The notes beneath the pieces were generated by a model. The model was given only the letters and a program-made list of their open reading frames with translations, made no database searches and was not told the origin of the DNA. DNA of 64,000 nt from contig CAJOID010000005.1 in NCBI GenBank assembly GCA_905234595.1, forward strand, positions 4,856-68,855. Reading direction: 5' to 3'. This stretch comes from an uncultured Lachnospiraceae bacterium (GTDB lineage: Bacteria; Bacillota; Clostridia; Lachnospirales; Lachnospiraceae). Position 1 is the stretch's first letter. Each line of letters opens with the position of its first letter. Positions 29,631 to 38,273 of this stretch are shown here, piece after piece. Both the position numbers and the translations under genes were made by a program.

Positions 29631-30641
29631 ATGAATTGGGTCGCTGTTGTTGACGACGAGGCTTTTAACAGAAAAACAGTATCCCGTATTCTGAGAAAGC
29701 ACGATTATATAGTAACCGAACTGGGTTCCGGACAGGAACTGCTGGATTTCCTGCTCGTAAAGGGCAATGTACCCGATCTGATCCTTTTGGACATCTATAT
29801 GCAGCCGATGGATGGGTTCGAGACCATGAAGCGCCTACAGGCGGAACCCGGTATGGAGCGCAGGATCCCGATCGTTTTTCTGACGGGGGATACCGTTGAT
29901 GAGACAGAGATGAAGGGGCTGAAGATGGGGGCTGAAGATTTCATCCGTAAACCCATCTACCCGGATGTGCTGCTGCATCGTGTGGAGCGTATCATCGAAC
30001 TGGACCGGACACACAGATCCATGGCACAGGAGATCGAAGCTCGTTCCGCCGAGTGTGAGAGCCTGTCAAGACATGTTGTTCAGACGCTGGCAGCGGCTAT
30101 AGATGCAAAGGATACATATACCAACGGACACTCCGACAGAGTGGCGACATATTCCAGGGAGATCGCCAAGAGATACGGATACAGTGAGAAGGAGCAGGAC
30201 GACATCTATATGATGGGACTGCTCCATGATGTGGGTAAGATAGGTGTGCCGGATGAGATAATCAATAAGACAGGCAGATTGACCGATGAGGAATATGCTG
30301 CGATCAAGGTTCACCCCGAGATCGGAGACAGGATCCTGAAGAAGGTGGAAGAAATGCCGAAGCTCTCAATAGGAGCGAGATGGCACCATGAGAGATATGA
30401 CGGAAAAGGATATCCCGACGGACTTAACGGCGACGAGATACTTGAGGAGGCCAGGATCATTTCGGTAGCCGATGCTTATGATGCCATGACCAGCCACAGG
30501 AGTTACAGGGACATATTACCGCAGGAGGTGGTCCGGGCAGAGATAGAGAAGGGCAAGGGTACTCAGTTCGACCCTGTATTTGCCGATATAATGCTCCAGA
30601 TGATAGATGAAGATAAGGACTATGTGATGCATGAAGACTGA
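29631..30641 (+). CDS. REC + HD-GYP cyclic-di-GMP phosphodiesterase (RpfG-like)
   Basis: REC domain; DTYT.GHS.RV, LLHDVGK, HHERYDGKGYP, VADAYDAM. Confidence 0.92.
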   Translation: MNWVAVVDDEAFNRKTVSRILRKHDYIVTELGSGQELLDFLLVKGNVPDLILLDIYMQPMDGFETMKRLQAEPGMERRIPIVFLTGDTVDETEMKGLKMGAEDFIRKPIYPDVLLHRVERIIELDRTHRSMAQEIEARSAECESLSRHVVQTLAAAIDAKDTYTNGHSDRVATYSREIAKRYGYSEKEQDDIYMMGLLHDVGKIGVPDEIINKTGRLTDEEYAAIKVHPEIGDRILKKVEEMPKLSIGARWHHERYDGKGYPDGLNGDEILEEARIISVADAYDAMTSHRSYRDILPQEVVRAEIEKGKGTQFDPVFADIMLQMIDEDKDYVMHED

Positions 30642-33351
30642 TAAAGAACACAGGATCAATCCGATATCAATCGCTGTACTGGGCGGCCTGGTCATCGCAG
30701 TCATACTGACGATCGGTACCATCGGCCTCGGCAGAGTTGCAAACAATGATACCAAGTCGGCAGTCAGGAACGTCAGTCTGCTGTACCTAAGCGAACTGGC
30801 CGGCCGCAGAGAGCAGGTGGTTTCATCCATACTTGAGGACTACATCAGGGACATGGATGTCGCGGTAGGTATGTTGAATGAGAACGATCTGAGCAGTGTG
30901 GAGAATCTCCGCAATTACCAGCTAAGGATAAAGCAGCTCTATGAGCTGGATAAATTCGCATTTATCGACACGAACGGGGTAATATATACATCCAGGGGAA
31001 CGAGGTCTGATATCGACCAGTATTCTATAGATTATATGAATCTGACCGAGCCCGAGATATCTGTCAAGAATCTTCACAGCAATGATAAAAAAGTCGTTAT
31101 AGCGCTCCCGATGGATAATCTCGATTTCGAAGGCAATACACTGGTCGTATCCTTCATGGAGATCGATATGGATAATCTGCTCAGGAACGTATCCATTCAA
31201 TCCAACAACAATACGACCTTCTGTAATATATACACATCGGATGGTATTGCACTGACAAATATGGTCCTGGGGGGTCTTGCGAGCGAGGACAACCTTCTCG
31301 AGGCCATGAAGAATGCGGAATATGAAAAGGGATATTCTTTGGAGAAGCTTGTCCGGGATTTTGGTGAGGGCAGAAGCGGTGAAGTATCCTTTACTTATAA
31401 CGGGATCGGTGAAACTCTCTATTATGTTCCCGTTCGCGGTACGGAATGGATGCTGACATATCTGATCCGGGAGAGCATAATCAGCGAACAGATCAGCTCA
31501 ATATCCCGATCGATCATTGCCCGCAGTACCATTCAGTCCGTTCTGACAGCGCTGGTTTTGATCGGCATGTTCACCCTGTTGTTCATACAGCAGAGAAAGG
31601 CAGCCAAAAAAGCACTGGAACACGAGGTGTCTGAGACGGAGAACCGTGTCAGACAGCAGGAGCTGGAGGAACAGCTTGCCATGCAGGAAGAGCTGGCCTC
31701 GAAAAGCGAGGAACTCGAAGATGCCCTTCAGGCTGCGGAAGAAGCAAACCGTGTCAAATCCGGATTCATATCCAACATGTCACACGAGATCAGAACCCCC
31801 ATTTCGGCTATCCTGGGAATGAATGAAATGATCCGCAGGGAGAGTGTTGATGAGAATATCCTGTCATATGCGGATAATATCAGTAATGCAGGTGAGAGTC
31901 TGCTGGGTATCATCAGTGACATTCTGGATTTCTCCAAGATAGAGGCCGGCAAAATGGAGCTCAGTATAGAAAGCTATTCTCCGACGGAACTGATAGGTGA
32001 TCTGTATAATCTGATCCGCTTCAGGGCGGAGGCCAAGGGGCTGAAGCTGTCATTCAACATCGATCATGCTATTCCGAAGGGACTGGTCGGAGACGAACTC
32101 AGGGTCAAGCAGATCATCACCAACCTGCTGACCAATGCCGTGAAGTATACGGAAAAGGGAGATGTATCTCTGGAAGTCAGGTGTGTTGAGAAAGATACTG
32201 AGAGCAACAGGGCGAAGCTTCTGATCACGGTCACAGATACCGGTATCGGCATACGTGCGGAAGAAATGGATAAGCTGTTTGTTCCTTTTGACAGGCTGGA
32301 TGTTTCCAGGACCAGAAGCATAGAAGGAGCGGGCCTGGGGCTCTCCATAACCAGACAGCTCCTGCATCTGATGGATTCGGAACTGCAGGTGGAGAGCATA
32401 TATGATCAGGGATCACGCTTCTATTTCAGTATATGGCAGGGCATATCCGATCCAGAAGAGATAGGAGATTACAAGCCTTCAAGTGCTTCGAAGGTCAGAA
32501 GAAACACAAGAGACGGCAAGAGGTACTTTACCGCGCCCGGCAGGCATATTCTCGTAGTGGATGACATGCCGATGAATCTTCAGGTGATGACCGGATTGCT
32601 CAAGCGCAGTGAAATGATCATAGATCCCGCTTCGGGCGGTGAAGATTGTATCTATAAGTTCGGTGAGAACGATTATGATCTTGTATTCCTGGACTATCGT
32701 ATGCCCGGGATGGACGGGATAGAAACTTTTCACAGATTAAAAGACAGATATCCGGATAAGGTTGCCAGGACTCCCATCATAGCCCTGACCGCCAGCGCTA
32801 TCCTTGGGGATAAGGAGAGGCTGCTCAATGAAGGTTTCGCGGCTTACCTTTCTAAGCCCGTGGTTATTGCCGATATGGAGGAGACGATGAGCAGATTCCT
32901 GGGTGATATTCCGGAGGAAAGCATGCCTGCAGCGTCAGACATTTCCGAGGAGGTTCAGCCGGTTTCGCAGGACATCACTCCGGATGATACAGATGAGATC
33001 CCGCAGGTCATTCGTGACATGGAGGAACTGGATCCCGGGAAGGGCTTGGAATTCTGCGGTGATGTGGAGGATTATGTTTTTGCACTGCAGACCTATGCGG
33101 AATCCGTGGAGGACAAGGCAGCGGCACTTGAAGAAGCCCTGAAAGATGACCGTACGGATGACTATGTTCTGATCGTTCATTCATTAAAAAGCATGTCCAA
33201 GTCCATCGGAGCTCTGCATCTCTATGAGATGGCGAGGGATCTGGAGGCGGCCGGAAGAGAAGGCAGGACCGACACGATAAAAGCCGGTACGGAGGCCTTT
33301 GTCAGTGAATACAGAACACTGGGCGCAAAACTCAGTAAAGAACTTTTATGA
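30631..33351 (+). CDS. Hybrid sensor histidine kinase (TM-Cache-TM-HisKA-HATPase-REC-Hpt)
   Basis: NMSHEIRTP, NLLTNAVKYT, DTGIG, GAGLGLSI, VVDD/FLDYRMP, HSLKS. Confidence 0.92.
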   Translation: MKTDKEHRINPISIAVLGGLVIAVILTIGTIGLGRVANNDTKSAVRNVSLLYLSELAGRREQVVSSILEDYIRDMDVAVGMLNENDLSSVENLRNYQLRIKQLYELDKFAFIDTNGVIYTSRGTRSDIDQYSIDYMNLTEPEISVKNLHSNDKKVVIALPMDNLDFEGNTLVVSFMEIDMDNLLRNVSIQSNNNTTFCNIYTSDGIALTNMVLGGLASEDNLLEAMKNAEYEKGYSLEKLVRDFGEGRSGEVSFTYNGIGETLYYVPVRGTEWMLTYLIRESIISEQISSISRSIIARSTIQSVLTALVLIGMFTLLFIQQRKAAKKALEHEVSETENRVRQQELEEQLAMQEELASKSEELEDALQAAEEANRVKSGFISNMSHEIRTPISAILGMNEMIRRESVDENILSYADNISNAGESLLGIISDILDFSKIEAGKMELSIESYSPTELIGDLYNLIRFRAEAKGLKLSFNIDHAIPKGLVGDELRVKQIITNLLTNAVKYTEKGDVSLEVRCVEKDTESNRAKLLITVTDTGIGIRAEEMDKLFVPFDRLDVSRTRSIEGAGLGLSITRQLLHLMDSELQVESIYDQGSRFYFSIWQGISDPEEIGDYKPSSASKVRRNTRDGKRYFTAPGRHILVVDDMPMNLQVMTGLLKRSEMIIDPASGGEDCIYKFGENDYDLVFLDYRMPGMDGIETFHRLKDRYPDKVARTPIIALTASAILGDKERLLNEGFAAYLSKPVVIADMEETMSRFLGDIPEESMPAASDISEEVQPVSQDITPDDTDEIPQVIRDMEELDPGKGLEFCGDVEDYVFALQTYAESVEDKAAALEEALKDDRTDDYVLIVHSLKSMSKSIGALHLYEMARDLEAAGREGRTDTIKAGTEAFVSEYRTLGAKLSKELL

Positions 33352-34493
33352 AGGAGATTACCTGCGAGGAATTAAATAAGCTTCCCAAGGATTCCTATGC
33401 ATTGGTGGATATCAGAGATGAGGGACTCAGAGACTATGGCATGATCCCCGGCTCGACGGCACTCGGATTGGAGAGTCCGGATGAAGAGATAAGCGGCAGG
33501 ATAGCAAAGATACCTGACCATAAGAAACTGATCTTTTACTGTGAGATAGGCAGAAAGACCAGAGAAATGGATGCGGATGAACTGTTTCCCGGACGTGATT
33601 GCTACAGTCTGGAGGGCGGTTATATCGGATATGTCAGGTATTCGATGGCGAACGGAAGCGATTCCGGAGAAAAGCAGAAAAAAGCGGAAGAAAGCATACA
33701 AAAGAAATACCATAAGCAACTCTTTACCCCTTTTGCAAAAGCATGCAAGACATACAAACTGATAGAAGAGGGTGACCGTATAGCCGTATGTATCTCGGGT
33801 GGCAAAGATTCGATGCTCATGGCCAAACTGTTTCAGGAGATACAGAAGCACAGACAGTGTAACTTCGAGCTTAAATATCTGGTCATGGATCCCGGCTATA
33901 ATCCGGATAACAGAGCTCTCATAGAGAGCAACGCAAAGAGCCTTGGGATACCGGTCACCATATTTGAGAGCGATATATTTGATGCAGTGGATAACATAGA
34001 GAAGAATCCCTGCTATATATGCGCCAGAATGCGCAGAGGATATCTGTACAGCAAAGCAAAGGAACTGGGGTGTAACAAGATCGCCCTGGGACATCATTAT
34101 GATGATGTGATAGAAACGATACTGATGGGCATGCTGCAGGGAGCACAGATACAGACCATGATGCCCAAGCTGCACAGTACCAATTTCGAGGGTATGGAAC
34201 TCATCCGCCCAATGTATCTGGTCAGGGAAAGCGATATCTGCGCATGGCGTGACTATAATGGTCTGCACTTTCTCCAGTGCGCATGTCATTTCACCGATAC
34301 TTGTTCAACCTGTCATGAAGATGGTACTACATCTTCTAAACGGCTGGAGACCAAGAAACTTATAGCCTCACTGAAAAAAAACAATCCCTATATCGAATCC
34401 AATATATTCAAGAGTGTTGAAAACGTAAATCTGGACACCGTTATTGCATATAAAAAGGACGGGATGCGTCATCATTTCCTGGATGAATACTAA
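33348..34493 (+). CDS. ttcA: Rhodanese domain fused to a TtcA-family tRNA 2-thiolation PP-loop protein
   Basis: N-terminal LVDIR..IPG..IFYCEIG..LEGG rhodanese; SGGKDS, CYIC, GHHYDD, LIRP, CAC/CSTC. Confidence 0.8.
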   Translation: MKEITCEELNKLPKDSYALVDIRDEGLRDYGMIPGSTALGLESPDEEISGRIAKIPDHKKLIFYCEIGRKTREMDADELFPGRDCYSLEGGYIGYVRYSMANGSDSGEKQKKAEESIQKKYHKQLFTPFAKACKTYKLIEEGDRIAVCISGGKDSMLMAKLFQEIQKHRQCNFELKYLVMDPGYNPDNRALIESNAKSLGIPVTIFESDIFDAVDNIEKNPCYICARMRRGYLYSKAKELGCNKIALGHHYDDVIETILMGMLQGAQIQTMMPKLHSTNFEGMELIRPMYLVRESDICAWRDYNGLHFLQCACHFTDTCSTCHEDGTTSSKRLETKKLIASLKKNNPYIESNIFKSVENVNLDTVIAYKKDGMRHHFLDEY

Positions 34494-34825
34494 GCGATCG
34501 TTTTGATCATATCTTCTGGCAGACAGGCTCTGTCATCGATATAGTAATCACAGGTTATCTTTCTTGAATTATTCCCGTATAAAGACACGATCTCCGGGAG
34601 ATTATCATTTATGGCATCAAATTCCAGACCGTATTCCTTACACCATGAAATAGCATTTTCCAGCGGATCACCTGCACGGCAGGTCCATAAAATGAGCTTA
34701 TTCCCCTGCTTCTTCCATTCCTTCAGATAGGATATCAGGACAGAGTTCGGATCGCCAAGCTCCGGCCAGTTACTGAAGCATAGTGTGCCATCGAAATCAA
34801 CAGCGATAATCTTAAAATCGATCAT
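34490..34825 (-). CDS. Small capless HAD-superfamily phosphatase-like protein
   Basis: IAVDFDGT, ILWTCR, RK...DYYIDDR; AGGAGG RBS. Confidence 0.8.
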   Translation of the reverse strand: MIDFKIIAVDFDGTLCFSNWPELGDPNSVLISYLKEWKKQGNKLILWTCRAGDPLENAISWCKEYGLEFDAINDNLPEIVSLYGNNSRKITCDYYIDDRACLPEDMIKTIA

Positions 34826-34854
34826 ACCCAAACCTCCTGTCTTTTTGTACTATA

Positions 34855-34883
34855 ATCATAGAACAGATGTTCGCATTTTGCAA
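34855..34883 (-). promoter_or_regulatory. Sigma-A promoter with a LexA (SOS/Cheo) box in the spacer
   Basis: Minus strand TTGCAA-N17-TATGAT; spacer contains CGAACATCTGTTC (Firmicute consensus CGAAC-RNRY-GTTCG). Confidence 0.75.
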
Positions 34884-34910
34884 CCGCAAGATGTGGTGCC
34901 GGGGCATGCT

Positions 34911-34926
34911 CAGAACACATGTTCTG
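34911..34926. promoter_or_regulatory. Second LexA-box-like palindrome
   Basis: CAGAAC-ACAT-GTTCTG. Confidence 0.6.
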
Positions 34927-34993
34927 GTCCTGCGTTGAAATTATTTTCCCAAACACTTGAAATAATCATCGTATAAAGGTCATAATCTGATAT

Positions 34994-35713
34994 ATGTATA
35001 CAGAATCGTTTTCAAGAACACAGTTATTGTATGGAAAAGAAGCAATGGAGAAACTTGCTTCTTCACGTGTTGCCGTATTCGGGATTGGCGGAGTAGGCGG
35101 ATATGTGGTCGAGGCTCTTGCAAGAAGCGGAATAGGGGCTCTGGACCTGATAGACAACGATAAAGTCTGTCTTACGAATATTAATCGCCAGATAATCGCT
35201 ACGACAAAAACCATCGGGCATTATAAGGTGGATGCGGCGGAAGAACGTGTACATGACATAAACCCCGACTGTAAGGTCAGAACATATAAAACCTTCGTTC
35301 TGCCCGAAACACAGGATCAGTTCGATTTTCACGATTATGACTATGTGGTAGATGCGATCGACACCGTTACCGGGAAACTTGCGATCATCGAGAAAGCAAA
35401 GCAGGCGAATGTTCCGGTCATATCCTCCATGGGGGCGGGTAATAAAGTGCATGCCACCGGTTTCGAGGTCGCCGATATCTATCAGACATCCGAGTGTCCC
35501 CTTTCAAAAGTGATGAGACACGAATGCAGGAAGCGGGGAATAGAATCACTTAAGGTTGTTTATTCAAAGGAAAAACCTGTGAAACCGCTTGAGAACATAT
35601 CGGAAAAAGAACATATACAACGAAGATCTGTTCCGGGCTCAACTGCATTCGTACCTTCTGTAGCCGGGCTGATCATAGCCGGTGAAGTCATTAACGATAT
35701 TACCGGGAGCTGA
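34994..35713 (+). CDS. tcdA: tRNA threonylcarbamoyladenosine dehydratase (ThiF/E1-like)
   Basis: FSRT.LL.G, GIGGVGG, TNINRQ, DAIDTV, SMGAGNK, VVYSKE, PGSTAFVP. Confidence 0.88.
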   Translation: MYTESFSRTQLLYGKEAMEKLASSRVAVFGIGGVGGYVVEALARSGIGALDLIDNDKVCLTNINRQIIATTKTIGHYKVDAAEERVHDINPDCKVRTYKTFVLPETQDQFDFHDYDYVVDAIDTVTGKLAIIEKAKQANVPVISSMGAGNKVHATGFEVADIYQTSECPLSKVMRHECRKRGIESLKVVYSKEKPVKPLENISEKEHIQRRSVPGSTAFVPSVAGLIIAGEVINDITGS

Positions 35714-35816
35714 TAACTATATCATTGGCGGTACTGCTTGGTTCATGATACTATATGATATATGACGACACCCAGAATCGGGGTTTGCTGATCATCAACT
35801 GAAGGGATGAAGACAC

Positions 35817-36038
35817 ATGGACGCTAATGGTTTAAGCCCGGAACAACAGGCTTTACTTGCAAGTATTATGGGAAAATCACCACAGGCCGGCGGTGGGGCT
35901 GCATTCAGCGCAGCCAGTGTTATTCCTGCTCCTGCAGTGTCTCCTTCACCTGCAGCTGCACCTGCTCCTGTCCCTGCTGATCCCGGACGGATGCTTTCTC
36001 AGGCAGAGATCGATGCTCTTATCGCATCGATGACCTGA
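35817..36038 (+). CDS. Small protein with a Pro/Ala linker and a C-terminal FliM-type CheY-binding peptide
   Basis: AAGGGA RBS; ends in MLSQAEIDALIASMT; followed by its own terminator. Confidence 0.7.
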   Translation: MDANGLSPEQQALLASIMGKSPQAGGGAAFSAASVIPAPAVSPSPAAAPAPVPADPGRMLSQAEIDALIASMT

Positions 36039-36068
36039 TAAAAGAGACATACAATGATAGTTCATTAC

Positions 36069-36101
36069 GCGGTAGTATCAACATGGTGCTACTGCTTTTT
36101 T
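36069..36101 (+). terminator. Intrinsic terminator
   Basis: GCGGTAGTATCA-ACA-TGGTGCTACTGC-TTTTTT. Confidence 0.75.
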
Positions 36102-36302
36102 GTCGGATAACAGGGTTATGCACCCGAAAAACAGCCGTTTGCAACTGCCGGTTGACAGATTGAAAGGTCTGCTTTATGGAATGCAACCGTTCAATATACT
36201 ATAGTCAGCTTGTTCGAACAGCACAGCAGACACTTTGTTTAGAGAAACTGACACATCCCGGTCAACGTACATAGCAGATGTAAAGTTTCGGAAAGGAAGA
36301 AT

Positions 36303-37301
36303 ATGATACTCGCAGATAAGATCATCAATGAAAGAAAGAAAAACGGCTGGTCGCAGGAAGAGCTGGCAGATATGCTCGGTGTTTCCAGGCAGTCCGTATC
36401 CAAATGGGAGAGTGCGCAGAGCATCCCGGATCTTCAGAAAATCCTGAAAATGGCCGAAGTTTTCAACGTGAGCACCGATTACTTATTAAAAGAGGAGATG
36501 GAGCCAGCCTCAAATGAGCCCATCTCTTATAATGAACATCCAGATACCTTCTCCTCTTTAAGAAGAGTATCTATGGAAGAAGCTTCCGAGTATATTGCTC
36601 TCAGAAAGGCTGTTCTTCCAAAGGTTGGGTTAGGCGTATTCTTATGTATTACGTGTCCCGTTATCCTCATCATGCTTGCCGGTCTTCAAAGTGCACACGT
36701 CATAAATACCAGCGAGAATATCGTTGCTGCAATCGGCCTGCTATTCCTTTTTGCCCATATTGGCACTGCCGTATGGCTCTTTATATCTCAAGGCGGCAAG
36801 CTTGGAAAATATGCATTCCTTGAGCAGGAATCATTTGATACGGAATATGGTGTAGACGGCATGGCAAGAGAAAGATTATCTGCTTCAGAGCCCTACAGCA
36901 CCAGAGCTCTTACCATAGGTGTGCTACTCTGTGTACTGGGATGCGTTCCTCTGGTCATCACATGCGTTCTCCAGGCTCCGAGCGTAGTGATCGTCGCCAT
37001 GGTAGATTTACTGCTCCTGGCAATAGGCTGTGCCGTATATATGTTCATCGCGGTATGCGGTGTGAACAGTTCGTATAAGATATTGCTCCAGACTGACGAT
37101 TATACTGCCGAGCAAAAGAAGAAAAACAAGAAACTGGAACCGCTTAGCCGGATCTACTGGCTTTTCATCACTGTGGTATATCTGGCTGTAAGCTTTATTA
37201 CCGGACGCTGGGATATAACCTGGATCATCTGGGCCGTATCAGGCGTATTATTTGCACTGATCCGCATAATCGGTGAATCACTTATCAATACCCGGGACTA
37301 A
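36303..37301 (+). CDS. XRE-family HTH regulator with a C-terminal multi-TM domain
   Basis: RKKNGWSQEELA..LGVSRQSVSKWE; about 6 TM helices. Confidence 0.88.
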   Translation: MILADKIINERKKNGWSQEELADMLGVSRQSVSKWESAQSIPDLQKILKMAEVFNVSTDYLLKEEMEPASNEPISYNEHPDTFSSLRRVSMEEASEYIALRKAVLPKVGLGVFLCITCPVILIMLAGLQSAHVINTSENIVAAIGLLFLFAHIGTAVWLFISQGGKLGKYAFLEQESFDTEYGVDGMARERLSASEPYSTRALTIGVLLCVLGCVPLVITCVLQAPSVVIVAMVDLLLLAIGCAVYMFIAVCGVNSSYKILLQTDDYTAEQKKKNKKLEPLSRIYWLFITVVYLAVSFITGRWDITWIIWAVSGVLFALIRIIGESLINTRD

Positions 37302-37457
37302 TCGCTAAAACAGCTGTATTATAACAGGTTATTTCGCAATGAAAAGCGTTTATCTGATTATCAGCATATAGTACGCTTAATACATAAAGAGGAGATAAGT
37401 CCTCCCAAATGTTATGATCAGTCCCTCCGGCGGGTACAGCCGGGAAAGGAATTGCGT

Positions 37458-37694
37458 ATGTTAACACTTATATGCTGTATGGCTCTTATATGGGCAATCT
37501 GGAGAGTGACGTTTGTCGGTATCAGACTTGCCTGGGGAATAACAAAAATCCTGTTTTCCGTCATCTTTCTGCCGGTGATCGTAATCGGGCTCCTGCTCGC
37601 AGGACTTGCTTATATAGCATTGCCGGCAGTGATCATCATAGGCCTGATAGCCTTATTTACAGGTAAAGCAGCTGTCTGTGAAAGATATAAATGA
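37458..37694 (+). CDS. Small hydrophobic membrane protein
   Basis: AAAGGA RBS; nearly all hydrophobic. Confidence 0.65.
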   Translation: MLTLICCMALIWAIWRVTFVGIRLAWGITKILFSVIFLPVIVIGLLLAGLAYIALPAVIIIGLIALFTGKAAVCERYK

Positions 37695-37715
37695 ATATGC
37701 GGGTGAGGGTATAAT

Positions 37716-37958
37716 ATGAGCATTCTGATCAAGGACACTACGAAAGAAGAGCGCGAACGCATAGTTGCTGAATCCATTGGTAATATCAACGGAAGCTGTG
37801 ATGGCTGTATGAGCGGTCTGGCTGATATGTATCAGGATTATATCGATGGCAAACGTGAGATCAGGGATATTAACATGGACTTCAAGGCGCATTATGAGTC
37901 CGGTGAGGACAGACCGGTCAGATCAGGATGTGAGTGGGTCACGCACTCTGGCCATTGA
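37716..37958 (+). CDS. Small conserved CxxC protein of unknown function
   Basis: GGTGAGG RBS; LIKDTTKEER..IV, CDGC, MYQDYIDGK.EI..IN. Confidence 0.65.
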   Translation: MSILIKDTTKEERERIVAESIGNINGSCDGCMSGLADMYQDYIDGKREIRDINMDFKAHYESGEDRPVRSGCEWVTHSGH

Positions 37959-38148
37959 TAAACATGATGCCTGCAAGTATCACGCCCACAACATAAGTCA
38001 TGATCTCGACTATTCCGATCACCAAAAAAATCAGGGTACGCCTGCTTCCTTCTTTCAGGGCTTTAGCCGCAAATACCGTCCCTGCTACAGATATCACCAG
38101 ACAATATCCATAATATTCTCCCTTAATCAAACTTGATTGCCGTTTCAC
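37939..38148 (-). CDS. Small two-TM protein (start uncertain)
   Basis: Two hydrophobic segments; fills the gap divergent from the recombinase. Confidence 0.4.
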   Translation of the reverse strand: MKRQSSLIKGEYYGYCLVISVAGTVFAAKALKEGSRRTLIFLVIGIVEIMTYVVGVILAGIMFINGQSA

Positions 38149-38190
38149 ATATCATTATATTACAGTTCATGTAAAAAGAGAGAAAAGAGT

Positions 38191-38221
38191 ATCTTTCCGT
38201 TAAATGTTGATTTTCTTCACC
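38191..38221. other. difSL-like chromosome dimer resolution site candidate
   Basis: ATCTTTCCG-TTAAATGTTG-ATTTTCTT-CACC, 52 bp upstream of an XerS-like gene at the gene-orientation switch; arms match streptococcal/lactococcal difSL as recalled. Confidence 0.6.
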
Positions 38222-38235
38222 AATAGGCCTAAAAT
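38207..38235 (+). promoter_or_regulatory. Sigma-A promoter of the recombinase, overlapping the dif-like site
   Basis: TTGATT-N17-TAAAAT. Confidence 0.55.
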
Positions 38236-38273
38236 GATCATATGAGCCGGATTACCCTGATAAGGAGCCATAA

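Noticed and set aside
29915-29940. Direct repeat GGGGCTGAAGAT x2
   Set aside because: Inside the REC coding sequence (GLKMGAED); two copies only
33372-34289. 305-aa minus-strand ORF
   Set aside because: Antisense shadow of the rhodanese-TtcA gene
36205-36252. Imperfect hairpin GTCAG...CTGAC in the leader of the XRE membrane regulator
   Set aside because: Several mismatches, no terminator and no riboswitch consensus that I recognise; TGTTCGAACA has the half-sites in the wrong order for a LexA box
37314-37378. Short inverted repeats (CTGT-ATTATA-ACAG; AAGCGT...ACGCTT)
   Set aside because: Too short and imperfect to separate from chance in AT-rich intergenic DNA
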